Positions 11,383-23,136 of a DNA stretch of 64,000 bases are shown in pieces (position 1 is the stretch's first letter; each line of letters begins with the position of its first letter). The translations under genes were made by a program, and so were the position numbers. The stretch is from contig AP026126.1 in NCBI GenBank assembly GCA_030295235.1, positions 1,736,001 through 1,800,000 of the forward strand, in the 5' to 3' direction. Under the pieces are notes generated by a model, which did no database searches, was not told where the DNA came from, and saw nothing but the letters and a program-made list of their open reading frames with translations. Source of the stretch: Fistulifera solaris. Its lineage: Eukaryota.

Positions 11383-12357
11383 CTAATAGAGCCGTACAAT
11401 GCTCTTTACAGGTGTCCCATCTGACCATTCTCCCATGTCGAATACAAGTTCCGTGACACTCGTTCCACCAATTACTTGGTCCAGAGCCGACCACGTGAAT
11501 CTCCAATCCAAACTGTCCTGCTGACATTCTCTCCTACGAGCAGCCGCCTGCAAATGATTTGCCTTAAGGTGGGGCTTACCGTGCTTGTCGGTCTTGGCTT
11601 GGTACCACGCTTTGGCTGTGCTACCGAGAAGCTCGTAGGATTGTAAAACATTCCCGACGGAAACAACATCATCTCTATCTCCGTGCAACACCACGACTGG
11701 AAAAGTGGTGTTCGGCGCTGCTTTTGGTACGTTGACGTCTTCACCAAGTCGCAAGAAAATGAATTTCGGTAGTATTCCAGGAATAGCATGGAGACCGGCT
11801 GGTTGCGGACTGACAACCACGGCAGCGTCTACGGGGTGAACAGTATTGAGGGAGCCCCACATCATGGCAAACGCACCTCCCATTGAATTTCCATAAAGAA
11901 AAACCTTTCCGAAAGGTGGTAGTTCGTTGAGTACGTCCGTGACCACCTGGGCCGTCACTTTCACCCATTTTGCCGGAGATGGTCTTCGAGTGAGTTGCAG
12001 TATCCATCCGATGGGCGTCCCCAGAAACCGTTCGCACGATCTGTCTTGCATTTGCGGATAGACCACATAGTTCCCCTGCTTCACCAGATGCTCAATGTGT
12101 CCTTCGTAAGTTGAAGGATCGGTAGCTCCGTAGCCGTGCAGATACACAATGACATCCGGTGCGTCTGATTTGGTAACCTCGGGCGTGTAAATCCAAACTC
12201 GTGTGCCATCTATACAGCTTCCTTGGCGCTTGACCGAAAAATTTGGTGAAATGTAATCAAAGTTCGGCTTGGTGGGTGGAAAAGGCGCCGCTCTCAATCT
12301 CGCTACCACACATTGCATGGCAACAAGGAACGACATCGCAGAGAACTTCCATAACAT
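11383..12357 (-). CDS. Secreted alpha/beta hydrolase (esterase/chlorophyllase-like)
   Basis: Signal peptide, VYLHGY oxyanion segment, GNSMGG nucleophile elbow, HGDRDDVV acid and ANH His. Confidence 0.8.
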   Translation of the reverse strand: MLWKFSAMSFLVAMQCVVARLRAAPFPPTKPNFDYISPNFSVKRQGSCIDGTRVWIYTPEVTKSDAPDVIVYLHGYGATDPSTYEGHIEHLVKQGNYVVYPQMQDRSCERFLGTPIGWILQLTRRPSPAKWVKVTAQVVTDVLNELPPFGKVFLYGNSMGGAFAMMWGSLNTVHPVDAAVVVSPQPAGLHAIPGILPKFIFLRLGEDVNVPKAAPNTTFPVVVLHGDRDDVVSVGNVLQSYELLGSTAKAWYQAKTDKHGKPHLKANHLQAAARRRECQQDSLDWRFTWSALDQVIGGTSVTELVFDMGEWSDGTPVKSIVRLY

Positions 12358-12780
12358 TACTCTTGGTTAGAATCGCCTCTTGATAGGAATCAAAGAATGA
12401 AACAGCTCTTTGATAGATCGTTGTTGTTGTGCTTTTTTGTTTGAATGATACATGCTTTATGATACCGTGATGTGCATAGATTGATGATGTGATTTTCCCG
12501 TTGTCGGAGAGAAATATTGCCAAACATTGAAACAAGTTCGGTTCGCGTTGTCGTGCTGTCATTCTAGATTACATTGTGTATCAGAATAGGCCTTTTGCAT
12601 TCAACAGGGGCGATTCTCATTGACAACGAGAGTGTGAATGCCCAAAGCGTCATCGCTTGGTGGAAAAAAGAAGTCGCCAGAAGCGAAAACGTGCAACTCT
12701 TTGCTTGTCGTACTGGTAACCAAATTCTTCCTACAACCTAGACTCAAACTTTATAGTGCGCTGCCATCCGTACGTCCACC

Positions 12781-12812
12781 GGGTACCGGTACCGGTACCG
12801 GTACCTGGTATC
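12781..12812. repeat. (GGTACC)n short tandem repeat in a divergent intergenic region
   Basis: gGGTACCGGTACCGGTACCGGTACCTGGTATC read directly. Confidence 0.8.
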
Positions 12813-13078
12813 GGTGCACATGCAGCCGCGAAATCATCATCGGGAACGCATGAAGTGGATGAAAGACGAAAGACCAGAAAGACCATACCAGGTACCGTAG
12901 TAGGCGGAAAAGGAATTACCTGGTACCGGTACCGATTGGGCCCTAAGAACTTGGTTCATTAGCTTATTGCGTTCTTACTTTCAGACCAACGAAGACCCAG
13001 GGAAGAGAGTGCAGCGAAGAGGCACAAACGAGAGTCTTTCCCTGGTCGGGCAACTAGTTTTTGCAGTGACGCTTCGTC

Positions 13079-13860
13079 ATGATGTCCTTTTCTTCAAGTC
13101 GGCTGCCTTTCTATTATGTCGTGCTCTTGCTGTTTACTCGAAATTGTATAAACGTTCTTGCGTTCGGAGTAGCGTCAAACCGTCTGCACACTGGTAGCCG
13201 AATATCGGGCCATTTCAAATCATCGACTATAGTATTACATGCACATGAAGAGCTAGACGCTGAGCCGTTCAACTATCGAATACGAGACTGCACCTACGGC
13301 GAGCTGAACCAGGTCGCCGATGTCATCATTGCTGCTTTTTATTCCAATTCAACAAATCCTTGGAGGCAACTGTATAGAATGGGCGAACTCAATCGCGTCC
13401 AGCAGGCTTATCCGTACAAAAAATCGGACCATCGAATGTTTGTGGCTCTTGTACAAACTGAAAATGCACTCCGCGACGAAAAGATCGTCGCGTTTGTCGA
13501 CGTTGATGATCGACCCGTTTCGCCCCGGTTCCCATCTCCCTACAAAAACAATCCTCGTCCTTATTTGTCCGATTTGTGCGTCCATCCCGATTTTCACAGA
13601 AGGGAATAGCACGCTCCATGGTGGAGCAGTGCGAGAAGTTTTGTTGCGAAGATCTACAGAAGAAAGAACTCTTTATTCGTGTCGAGAAAAGCAATCAACC
13701 AGCTTTACTCATGTATCAAAGTATGGGATATACGACAATGGATGATCTCGACAATGGACCCATCATATTGCTTCGTAAGTCGTTGATGGAAAATGACAAA
13801 GAAGTAAGCCATCAGAATGCGGATCGTCTGGTAGAGCAACAAGCGGAGATGCACACGTAG
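13079..13860 (+). CDS. GNAT-family N-acetyltransferase, probably plastid-targeted (frameshift near 13603)
   Basis: PYLSDLCVHPDFHRR continues as GIARSMV if one G is added to the G-run. V..SN..A..MY..MGY motif B present. Signal peptide ending VLA-F. Confidence 0.85.
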
Positions 13861-13911
13861 CACCAAAATCATGTTTTATAGTTTTGTTTGTCAATAGCCA
13901 GTATTCGAACT

Positions 13912-16503
13912 TTATTTAAAGTCTCCGTCAAAACCAGTGAAACCGGTAAGCTTGAAAATAGGATAAAACGGTTTTTCCTGAAGCTGTGAACACCAATTCC
14001 AGGCGCTTGTTAATCTTCCATCGACGCAGCTACCGGCATCGTACCATAGATCTGAACCACTTCCATCAAATGCAGAGCGGAAGAAATCATATAAGATATC
14101 TTTTCGCAACTTTTCGACACCGCCAAAGCCGTTGTTGATCATGGACAGAATACCTTCGTCGTCTTTACAAATCCGTTCCAAGTTTTCGAGACAGCTTATG
14201 ATAGGGCCTAGGATGCGAGGGACTGTCATTTATAAATGGGTTAGAGACCAAGAAAGCTTTTTTATTGCAAAACCATTCAATGAAAGTCACTGCATACCTT
14301 GTGTGTATTTGTCGATGAAGCTGAGTGCATTGGGGACATTGTGATCACCCATGTGAACTACGCTGGAACCCACCCAGTGGCCCACACTGTTCCTTACTCG
14401 ATTCAAAACTTCCTGCATTGCCCTGTAGGCACGAGGAGATTGTTGCACGCGCTGCATACCCTGTCCCGTGTCCTGTAGCGAATAGGTCACAGATTCGCTC
14501 AAGAGATCCTCTTCCGCCATGGCCCAAAGGCGGAACATATCATCGATAATGTCACGCCAGAGTGTGAGACTTTGCAACGCGTAGTAAAACTGTCTTTCGT
14601 GACTGTGAGAAAGGCGTGAACCCGCTTCACCACTAACGATGCTGAGCGAGTAACCCTCTTCGATTTTATTTGGTGAAAAATTCGACTTCAAGAAATCAAT
14701 AATTTTGTCGATAGGCACTCTGTTGCTGTTGAGAAACGAGTTGTTGTCGCATATCGAATAGAGACAAAGATGGATATCGTCTTGACTCAATCGAGACGTC
14801 TGATACTTTCGCTTCAAAAGGATCACGGCTCGTTCTTTCTTACGAATCTCCGTATCGATGACCGACCGCGGTCGACCGAGTGCCAAAATTTCAATTGTTG
14901 CCGTTTCGATGAGCTCGTCGGACAACAAGCCTAGACCGCCTCTTTCCTCCAAAAACTTGTAGACTGACTCAATCGGACCTTTAACCGAAAACCCTAAATG
15001 AGGCATGACAGTCGGCGAAACTGCATCCTGAAGTAAATAAATAAGCTTCCCATACTCTGTCCTCATCTTTTCCGGATTCATTATCTTATGTCGCCGCGCG
15101 ATCTCAAACATTTGACGGAAAAACGATTCGTAATCACTGTAATTTTCGGCTTCCATAAGTTTTTGTGCTGCTTCGTAATCACAAGCCGTCACTAGTCCTC
15201 GTAAGACGGAAGTAACGCCTTTCAGTTGCGCATGCGTGCGCCTCGCTCCACTGGAAAAGCAACGATCGACCTCGGATGTGTAATCACAACAATACATGGC
15301 CGCTTCTACGAGTCGTAGCATTTTGCGTTCCCCGAGACTCAGACGCAGTGGAATATATTTGGAGCGTTCCTTGACAGAAGACTGTGATCCCGACGAATAT
15401 CGATCGTTGGTTGATCTGATTTCGAGTTGCTCCGCACCAGCTTCCAAGAATGTGAGCTCGGTATCTTCTTGATCGTGGAGAGTCGCTATAGCTTCGACTT
15501 CTTTTGCCGACGCATCGATGATTTCTTGCGCGTTCTCATCCGAGGAAAAGGCAACCGTGTATTGTGTGGTTTCAACAATTTTCAGTAAGACTGGCTTCAA
15601 TTTGTCTTCGTCCAAATATCCATTCTCCACGGCGTTTTTATTCAAACGGATCGTGACGCAAGTTCCAGATTCTCCACGCACGTGCTGAAATTGATTAAAT
15701 CCGTTCTCGGCAGTCGGTGAGGCTCCTTCTTCAAATGGTCGAACCAAATTGAATTTCTTGAGAGAGTCCCAATATCCTTCTTGCTCGGGTGCGCGGTCCA
15801 TGCCGACCTCAAATACATAGTAATCATCGAATTTGGCTTTAGTGCAAACTCGCACTCCGGTTCCGAGAGAACAGAAAGCGGCATAAAACCCACCGAGACT
15901 TTTACTCCGACAGTCGAGTGTGGTGGCTGAGGCGGCTTCGGTGGGTTCTTCTTCCATCGGACTCGTGACATCGGAATCAGATTTTGCCTCCTCCTTCTCA
16001 TCCTGATCATTTTCCTCTGTGTCGGTGGCGACCGATGATTCATCTGAATGATCCTCGTCGTCGTCGTCGTCAGGGGATGTGGAGGAATCGTCCAAGACGG
16101 CAGATTTTATGTTTTTCGCTGTACTGCTGATTAATCCCGCCCTTCCGATACCTAGTGAATTGATCAAATCTGTTCGTGTCATACCTGCTCCCATATCTGT
16201 GATGGACAAGGTCTGCTCGGTAGGATTGGCAGTGATACGTAAACAAAGACGATGTTGAAAGGCAGGGTGTTTTCGGATATTCGCAGGCGTGGCAAAGTAC
16301 ATGGCGTCCATAGCTTCCACAGCATTGCTAACCAAGTAACTTAATGCATCGGAAAGTGAATCGATGAGAGTCGTTTCCGAGCGCATCGCCACTTCAAGGC
16401 GCTCGACGAGAGGTTGTGGTAGTGGGTAGGTCGCTTGTGAAATATTCGTTGTCGAGTGTGTCGGAAGTTCTTCCGCATCTGTTTTGTTTTGCGGAGACGT
16501 CAT
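13912..16503 (-). CDS. HSP90-like N-terminal HATPase domain fused to a DUF2009/UPF0652 domain
   Basis: C-terminal YIPLRL..ER, NPEKMRTEYGKL, HMGDHNVPNAL and FDGSG..DAGSCVDGRLTSAWNWC match DUF2009. N-terminal LVSNAVEAMD...LSITDMGAGMTRTDLINSLG matches the HSP90 NTD. Intron 14223-14297 restores DKYTQVPRIL. Confidence 0.85.
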
Positions 16504-17884
16504 TGCGGATTGTCAGTGTGCATGTATTGTTCGAATGGGCGATCGCTAAGCCGCTATTTGACAGATTTGTGGTCCACTTCACTCCGACGGATGCCCTTTT
16601 GAATAATGGATGATGATAATCACAAAATAATTGTAATTGGGCGGCAAAATTTCTCGTCACGCTTTCCTCCCGACCGCTCGTTAAGTGAAACGAGCTCTTT
16701 CACATTAATCCCTATATCGATTTGACTTACCGGTACTGCCGTTGAAACTCCAGAATTTTAACGCCGTTTCCAGGTACATTCGCAATAACAAAAACCTTTT
16801 ACAAGTACTTAGAAGACGTTAGAGATCTGCTCTAGCGTCGTTGGCTACAATCGTTTCATCACAATCTATTCTCTTTTGGCGGAAATTGCAGTGCACGATC
16901 AGCCCATTCATGATGACGATATTCTTCATTAATTAACTACGGAGTCTTAAGAAACCCAAAGTAGACCGTCAATATTTCCAAGACTGCATTTCCGTTATGA
17001 ATCGATATTCTTCCGAGTGAGACTGCAACCTAACACTTTTTCGTTCTGCCATTTCATATTGCAATACACAAGTCGATTAGGATGTCGGAAAACGGAACGG
17101 ATCATTGTCTTCCGTAATTACTATCGACGCCAAGTTAAGGCGGCCTTTCGCCACGACTCCATTTCAGTCATGAACACATCATCACCCGCTGTGCGAAATG
17201 AAATAAAAATCTATTAGCCATGCTAGGAGCATGTTATTCGCGGTCAATCTCTTACAAATTACAATCGTTTCTGCTTTTTGGATTCTAGAAAAGGAGACTA
17301 TCTGCTTGTTGAATATCTTGGCGTTGCGGACCTGGAGTCATTGGTGGATCCACCAAGGAACAGTAGAGAAGATCGGTGTGCTCGCTCAAAAGTAGACTGA
17401 TCTTGTGTACCCATTTCGTCATCACAGCAGCAACGATTGAATGTCGATCGTCAACAGACAAGCGAGTCAAGGCCTTGACACGGTTTCGGAGACGCAGCGG
17501 GTCCATCAAACTCTCCAAGTTTCGCACTAATAGCTCGTCGTTGCAAGGGTATTCCGTACGATAAGACTTAAATGAAACATCCAAATGAGCAGAACTGGAC
17601 GAATAGGGTCATCTAACAGAAGACATGATTTCTGGAGCGGAACTCCTAATGCATTACATTCGTCGTCTCAATCCTGGTGTGCATGTATCGTTGGCTCATC
17701 GTACACAGTTGCAACAACAACAACCGATCCACTGGAGAAACTGGTCAGTATCGATCGTCGACCTCCATCGAACTTGCAACTGAACCAAATGGATCGGGAG
17801 AGCGACTGGACATATCTGGCGGTCGAAACCGTGGGAATGGTTTCAAGGCGTAGATGTGGATGGTGAAACTCCAGTAGTGAGTGC

Positions 17885-19780
17885 TTGGTACCCGGGCTTC
17901 GCTACATACTCGGATATGATGTCGTCGACACTTTACAGTCCAAACAGTTATTCATAGTTGGCGCTGGAGTCATAGGTTGCGAGCTGCTGAAGAATTTGGC
18001 TTCAATGAGTGTTGTTACCAAGGGTGACGGAAACGTGTGCTTGGCGGACATGGATACAATAGAAAAATCGAATCTCAGTCGACAACTTCTACTCAGAGAC
18101 AATGAAATCGGCGATTTCAATAGTGCAGCACAAAAAGCAGCGCGCCGCTTTTCCTGATATCAAGATTGAATCTCATACTAGCAGGGTAGGTGCAGGGTAA
18201 AGTACTCCGTTTGATGATGCGTTCTGGTCAAGTTGGATCGACGTTGTCCTGAACGCATTTACAGATGAACAGTGTGTTAGATACAGTAAGGCATTGGTTG
18301 ATGCTGGGACGATGGACTCCAATGGAAATGTACAAGTCGTTGTTCATAATCAAAGTGAATCTTATGCTTCCAGTGTTGATTCTGCGGAACCCTCGATCGC
18401 TGTTTACACGCTGAAAAATTTTCCATACGCTATTGCCCATAGCATCCGGTGGGCATGAGACCTATTTGATGAACTTTTTCAAAGACGGTGTGATCGTTCC
18501 AACCAGCTCATTGAATGCACTAAAGACACAACAATTGACGACATAATCGTTAAGTTGGTCAGCAAGAGGGTTCAAGAGATTGCTGTTGAAGTGAACAAAG
18601 AACTTTTGGCGCTCTCTATCGGAGTGCATGAAACCTGAAAAGTCTTACTTTGAATTGGGCTGCGCCGATTACTGTTCAGTTCTTTCTGGTCGCACCAAGG
18701 AATTTGATCAACGAGCACCCTTTGAAAAGTCGCGATGAAGACGGTGAAGCATTCTGGTGTGCTACTAGGAGACCTCCGCGAGAGTTACCATCCGGTCCAG
18801 AAGATAATGGAGCTGACCAAAACGTTATCAACTCCAATCCTGTTGACTTGGTCCGAGAGGCAGCATGACTTCGATTCGAACGAGAACGGGCAAAACATCA
18901 ACAAAGAAAGACTCTATGTTTATCTCAGAAGATGCCACATCAATTCTGAGCGTCGTTTACCAGCAGAATCGAAATGAAGCTGATAATATGGTAGAGTCAG
19001 ATACATCCGCCGAAGAAAGAATGAGAACAGCTTTGGACCATGCACGCTCACTTCTCTCTAACAAAAAAGAGATGTCGACCATCGATTTTGAAAAGAACTA
19101 CGAGGCTAACGGCCATGTCGCATGTGTCAATGCAGCCAGCGATTAGTGCGCACTTTGTTATGGAATTTCGCCAGTAGATCAAATGGGAACTCGGCGAGTT
19201 GCTGGCAACATAGTACCCGCTATGATAATTACCACCACGCTGGTATCGAGTCTCGTGTATTGAGCTACTAAAATTGGCGCAGAATCGACCACTTCGAAGC
19301 AATCGAAGTGCTTTCATCAATTTAACTCGTTCTTTCTTCGAATTCACGGTTATTGTTCCAGCTAAGCCTATTTCGATCTACAGTGGGCGATCGTACATAA
19401 TATGGGGCCGATTAACGATAAAGGAAAGTAAAATGGCTGCTGCAAAGGGAGGTATTACATTGGGATCTATGATGCGAAGACTAAACGAGATGATATCCGA
19501 TGACAGCAAGAAAATAAATACTTCTTCTATGTCGCTGGGTCCTTACCTCCTTTACCCCAGCTTCCTGCATGAAGACGACGACGACGAGATACTCGACAAA
19601 TCGTTGTGGGAAGTAATCGAGAATGCGCTTGATGAGAACCATTCGTGTGAAATGGAATTTCTCGTGGCGAGGACAATTCCGGTCCTACTAGTTCGCTTGT
19701 GGAAAACGGCAGCTTAGATGTTACCGTGACTGTTCTAGGATGAAAATGGAGAGGAAATTGAGTCGCCAGCGGCTAGCTAG
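17885..19780 (+). pseudogene. UBA1: Degenerate ubiquitin-activating enzyme E1 (C-terminal half)
   Basis: LFIVGAGVIGCELLKN, DMDTIEKSNLSRQ, GNVQVV, TLKNFPYAIAHSIRWA, FEKNYEANGH and IVPA..TTT motifs, interrupted by several in-frame stops and frameshifts. The catalytic Cys codon reads TAC (Tyr). 5' boundary approximate. Confidence 0.88.
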
Positions 19781-20619
19781 ACCTCTTCACTTCCATTTTG
19801 ACTATTGCTAGAAATGCAAAAGAGAAAGGAAAATCTATGGGAATGGATTCATTTTCGACCATCATCAGCGAAAACGTCGTCGATGAAATGTCACGACATT
19901 ACCTTCCGATCTATCGCTTCTTCTTCGCATGTTCTGTGTAGTAGATGAAGCTCAACAAATCACTGGACCAGGGTACAAATCAGGCATCTTAGTCAGACTG
20001 AAATATGCTTACAATAAAACAACCGCGTCCGCAACACGATAATATCCACTTGACGAAGGGCTTCGGCTTTCTTCAAGGATGTCTAAGAATGGATTGGACT
20101 ACTTGGCGGATTGCGTCGCCGACGCCGTAATCGACGCCATCATTGAAGGGCGTCAAGGATACGCTCTGCCATTCAAAATGCAATCACCAGTAGCGAGTGA
20201 ACGGGGAAAATACCGCAGCGTTGTGTTATGTGAGTTGGCGGCCACGGCGTTGATGAGACGTTTTCAACAACCCTGTTCAGTAGACCCATTCCACTGTGAT
20301 TAATTTAGCCGAACAGCTAGAAATGTCTTCCTGAAGAGAAAAAGGAATGATATATTTGAAGACTAGAGGAATGGTTTTGCATTGCGATCTGTTGGTTGTG
20401 GCAGCTTCATGACACATTGCTCACGAACAGTTTATGGAAGCATCACGAAACGGAATTATGGACAGTGTTAGATGGATGAGCGTCTCCGGTCGCCATTGCC
20501 CGCCACGCGCATCCATCAGCTGTATTTTATATATTAATTAAAATTATTTGGTTTTGAAATGAACAAGTGTTAGCATGAAGGTGTTGTGGTATACATTTTT
20601 CATTGTGCTGGGACATATG

Positions 20620-21175
20620 GGGGACCCTTGCTAGTGCCCGTAACCGCTAACCTATTTCTAGGATAACTCATAAGCACCGCAAGAGCTCCGAAGACGTTAA
20701 GCAGATGTCAACAAGCGATCACAAACGCCCATGTATCCGGTTGGGAGCGGAAAGGCGAATGTGGCTTTCATAAGCTGCTCAGCGGGTGAACCCCAAACCC
20801 CGCTCAACCGTTACCATTGCTTCACCAATCATTGGCGCACGCAGTTCTTCGGCACGCCTCATGGATCCCACAACTCAGGTGAAGAACTTTTCCCAGCACA
20901 ATGCTCCAACTGCGTGTTTTCCGGTAAGGCAGGAAGCCTCGCAAACAGGCAAGCGAATCGTCGAGACGACACGTGGTTGCCCTTTAGCGAGACGACTCCT
21001 CCTTCCTCGGGACATACGCACCACAACCCTTCATGCGCTCCCACTAAGTATTCAACCATACGGTCCCAAGCTGTGATCGCAGGCCACAGCTTTGGCAACA
21101 ACTGAATACGGGGAGGACATCAAACCTCTCTCAGTCGCCTTTGAGAGGAGATGTGAGAAGAAGAACGCAGCGAAA
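20620..21175 (-). ncRNA. Putative structured non-coding RNA, family unassigned
   Basis: Many nested helices, most of which extend via G-U pairs on the minus strand, and a GAAA-tetraloop terminal hairpin. Only short ORFs with no recognisable product overlap it. Confidence 0.6.
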
Positions 21176-21757
21176 AAAGAGGGAAACAAAAATTCAGCGA
21201 TGCTACTCCTATCGTAAAATCAAAATTATGTTTGTGTTCATAAACTCAGTTTAAAAATCATTTAGAGGGAGCTATCTAAGTATTTCTGTCTTGAGCAACG
21301 GTTTTTTCCAAATGTTGGGATCCCACGACCCACGAATGAATGCACGGTATACGCATCTTTATATTTTCAATAATGATAAACGCAGCTGCGAGCCCGGCCT
21401 GCTCGTATCACACAATCGGAATACGCGTTTGAAATCCAATTTTGACCAGGGAGAAAATAATGGATGTCGAATCATCCATTGGAGGCACTTTTTGTGCCTC
21501 GACGATGATAATGGTGAAATGTTGTTTTGTTTCTGTTTGCGTCGGATTATCATGCGCACTGTTCCAATCTTGTTGTTTCAGTCGCACTTCTTCGATGTGT
21601 AGCCCGTCTGCGTGTCTGCGTCTGAGTGACGGCGATGAGATTGAGCCGCAACTTGGGCTGCACTTTGCATTAGTCCTTTTGACTTGCTTTGTATTGATGT
21701 GACGCATTATTGCTAGTGGTAGTGAACACAATCTTCTGGAGCTGCTAAGAAAAGACG

Positions 21758-22525
21758 ATGCGCATCAACGCCTTTCTCCTCCTTGCATCGCAGCTTGCAA
21801 AATTGGCTGTGTCGTCGCCACTAGAAAACGACGATGACATTCTCTTGGAAGATTTTGAGAAGCCCCATCGTCACTGGGAAGAAATGAACGATCCTGTTAT
21901 GGGAGGAAAATCAAAGGGAACTTTTACGATAGAAGAAAATGTCGGTGTATTCAAGGGAAATGTCGTTAACGTTCCTTTTCTACATGCCCCGGGCTTTATT
22001 CAGGCGCGAACTACCGATTCACAACCCTTCCCCGATATCTTTCATTGCGGCGCGTTCCGTATCAAAGTTCAATCCCTTACTGATTACGAAGGTCTGAGAT
22101 TCAGTTTTGGTGACGCGCATGCTCCGCACGGAAAGCGTTTTGCCTTTGGCTACAAAACAAGTTTGTCAGTACCGACAAATGAGTGGACTGATGTGGTGAT
22201 TCCCATGTCCGACTTTACCGATTACTGGGACGATGCGACCGGCGATGCCATTGTTACATGTCAGGAAGACTCAAAATACTGTCCCACCGAAGAAGCTTTA
22301 CGAAATTTAAAGAAGATGGCCATCTGGGGAGAAGGAGTCGCTGGGCAAGTCCACGTCGAAATTCAGTCGATTTATGCTACACAATGTGCTTTAGGAAACA
22401 GCAGATACGTGGAGCAAGAAGACGCCCCTAGCCTGGCGCAAATGTGGATATCGTCAATATTCCGAGGGTGGACGAATCAGGTTTCGTTGCCGGCGCACCT
22501 TTTGGTTTACTTCTTCCGAAACTAG
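21758..22525 (+). CDS. Secreted CIA30 (complex I intermediate-associated protein 30-like) domain protein
   Basis: Signal peptide; W..MNDPVMGGKSKG, APGFIQA and EWTDVVIPMSDF motifs. Confidence 0.8.
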   Translation: MRINAFLLLASQLAKLAVSSPLENDDDILLEDFEKPHRHWEEMNDPVMGGKSKGTFTIEENVGVFKGNVVNVPFLHAPGFIQARTTDSQPFPDIFHCGAFRIKVQSLTDYEGLRFSFGDAHAPHGKRFAFGYKTSLSVPTNEWTDVVIPMSDFTDYWDDATGDAIVTCQEDSKYCPTEEALRNLKKMAIWGEGVAGQVHVEIQSIYATQCALGNSRYVEQEDAPSLAQMWISSIFRGWTNQVSLPAHLLVYFFRN

Positions 22526-23136
22526 AGTCAGTGATGGGGCGAGAATTATTAGTCCCCCATTCTTCAAGTCTCTAAGGGACGTTGTATGGTGAAACTCAAA
22601 TGTACACATCTATTGCGACTATGGACAAGGCCCAAGGTCAATTCGTGCGATCCTTTCGTTGACGCTAAGCTCAAAGTTTATTCTTACAACTAGCTGCATC
22701 ACTTCTTACTTACAAACTGCGCTGTAGAGAGATGAATGTAGTTTCGATGGATAGTCTAGGTCTAGCGGATGCGCAAGGAACTAACTCCTTTTTCTTGACT
22801 AAAATAAACTACTCGTCTAGTCCTGGTGGTATTGTTACAAACTGTAATTTGATGAAAGTACCGAGGAAACTTCGAGCGCCGGCTTCCCCAACTGATGATT
22901 TCTTATTCACATATTACATATGAAGAAGATCACTAGGTCGAGCTACTACCGGTAATAGCTAGAGTTTGAGAACACGCAATTAGGACTCATGACTAAACTC
23001 AGTCGTATTCACGATGCGATATCACGAATAAAAATCGTCTGGTGGAAATTCGAACGACGAGACGAAAAAAAGCATCGGAGGCATTTTACCTATTCTGTAT
23101 ATAATTATTATTAACTCCGAGTATTCACCATTCACC

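Noticed and set aside
20620..21175. Orphan RNA as the telomerase RNA for the 18-mer or TTAGGG
   Set aside because: No exact template on either strand. GCAACCACGUGUC is only loosely similar to the repeat, and the plus-strand AACCCCAAACCCC lies on the strand disfavoured by the G-U pattern.
21186..21195. Sm-site-like GAAUUUUUGU on the minus strand
   Set aside because: Lies 5' of the structured element in AT-rich sequence with no snRNA context; probably chance.
22204..22214. 11-nt match CATGTCCGACT to the terminal repeat
   Set aside because: Inside a coding sequence, single and short; compatible with chance.
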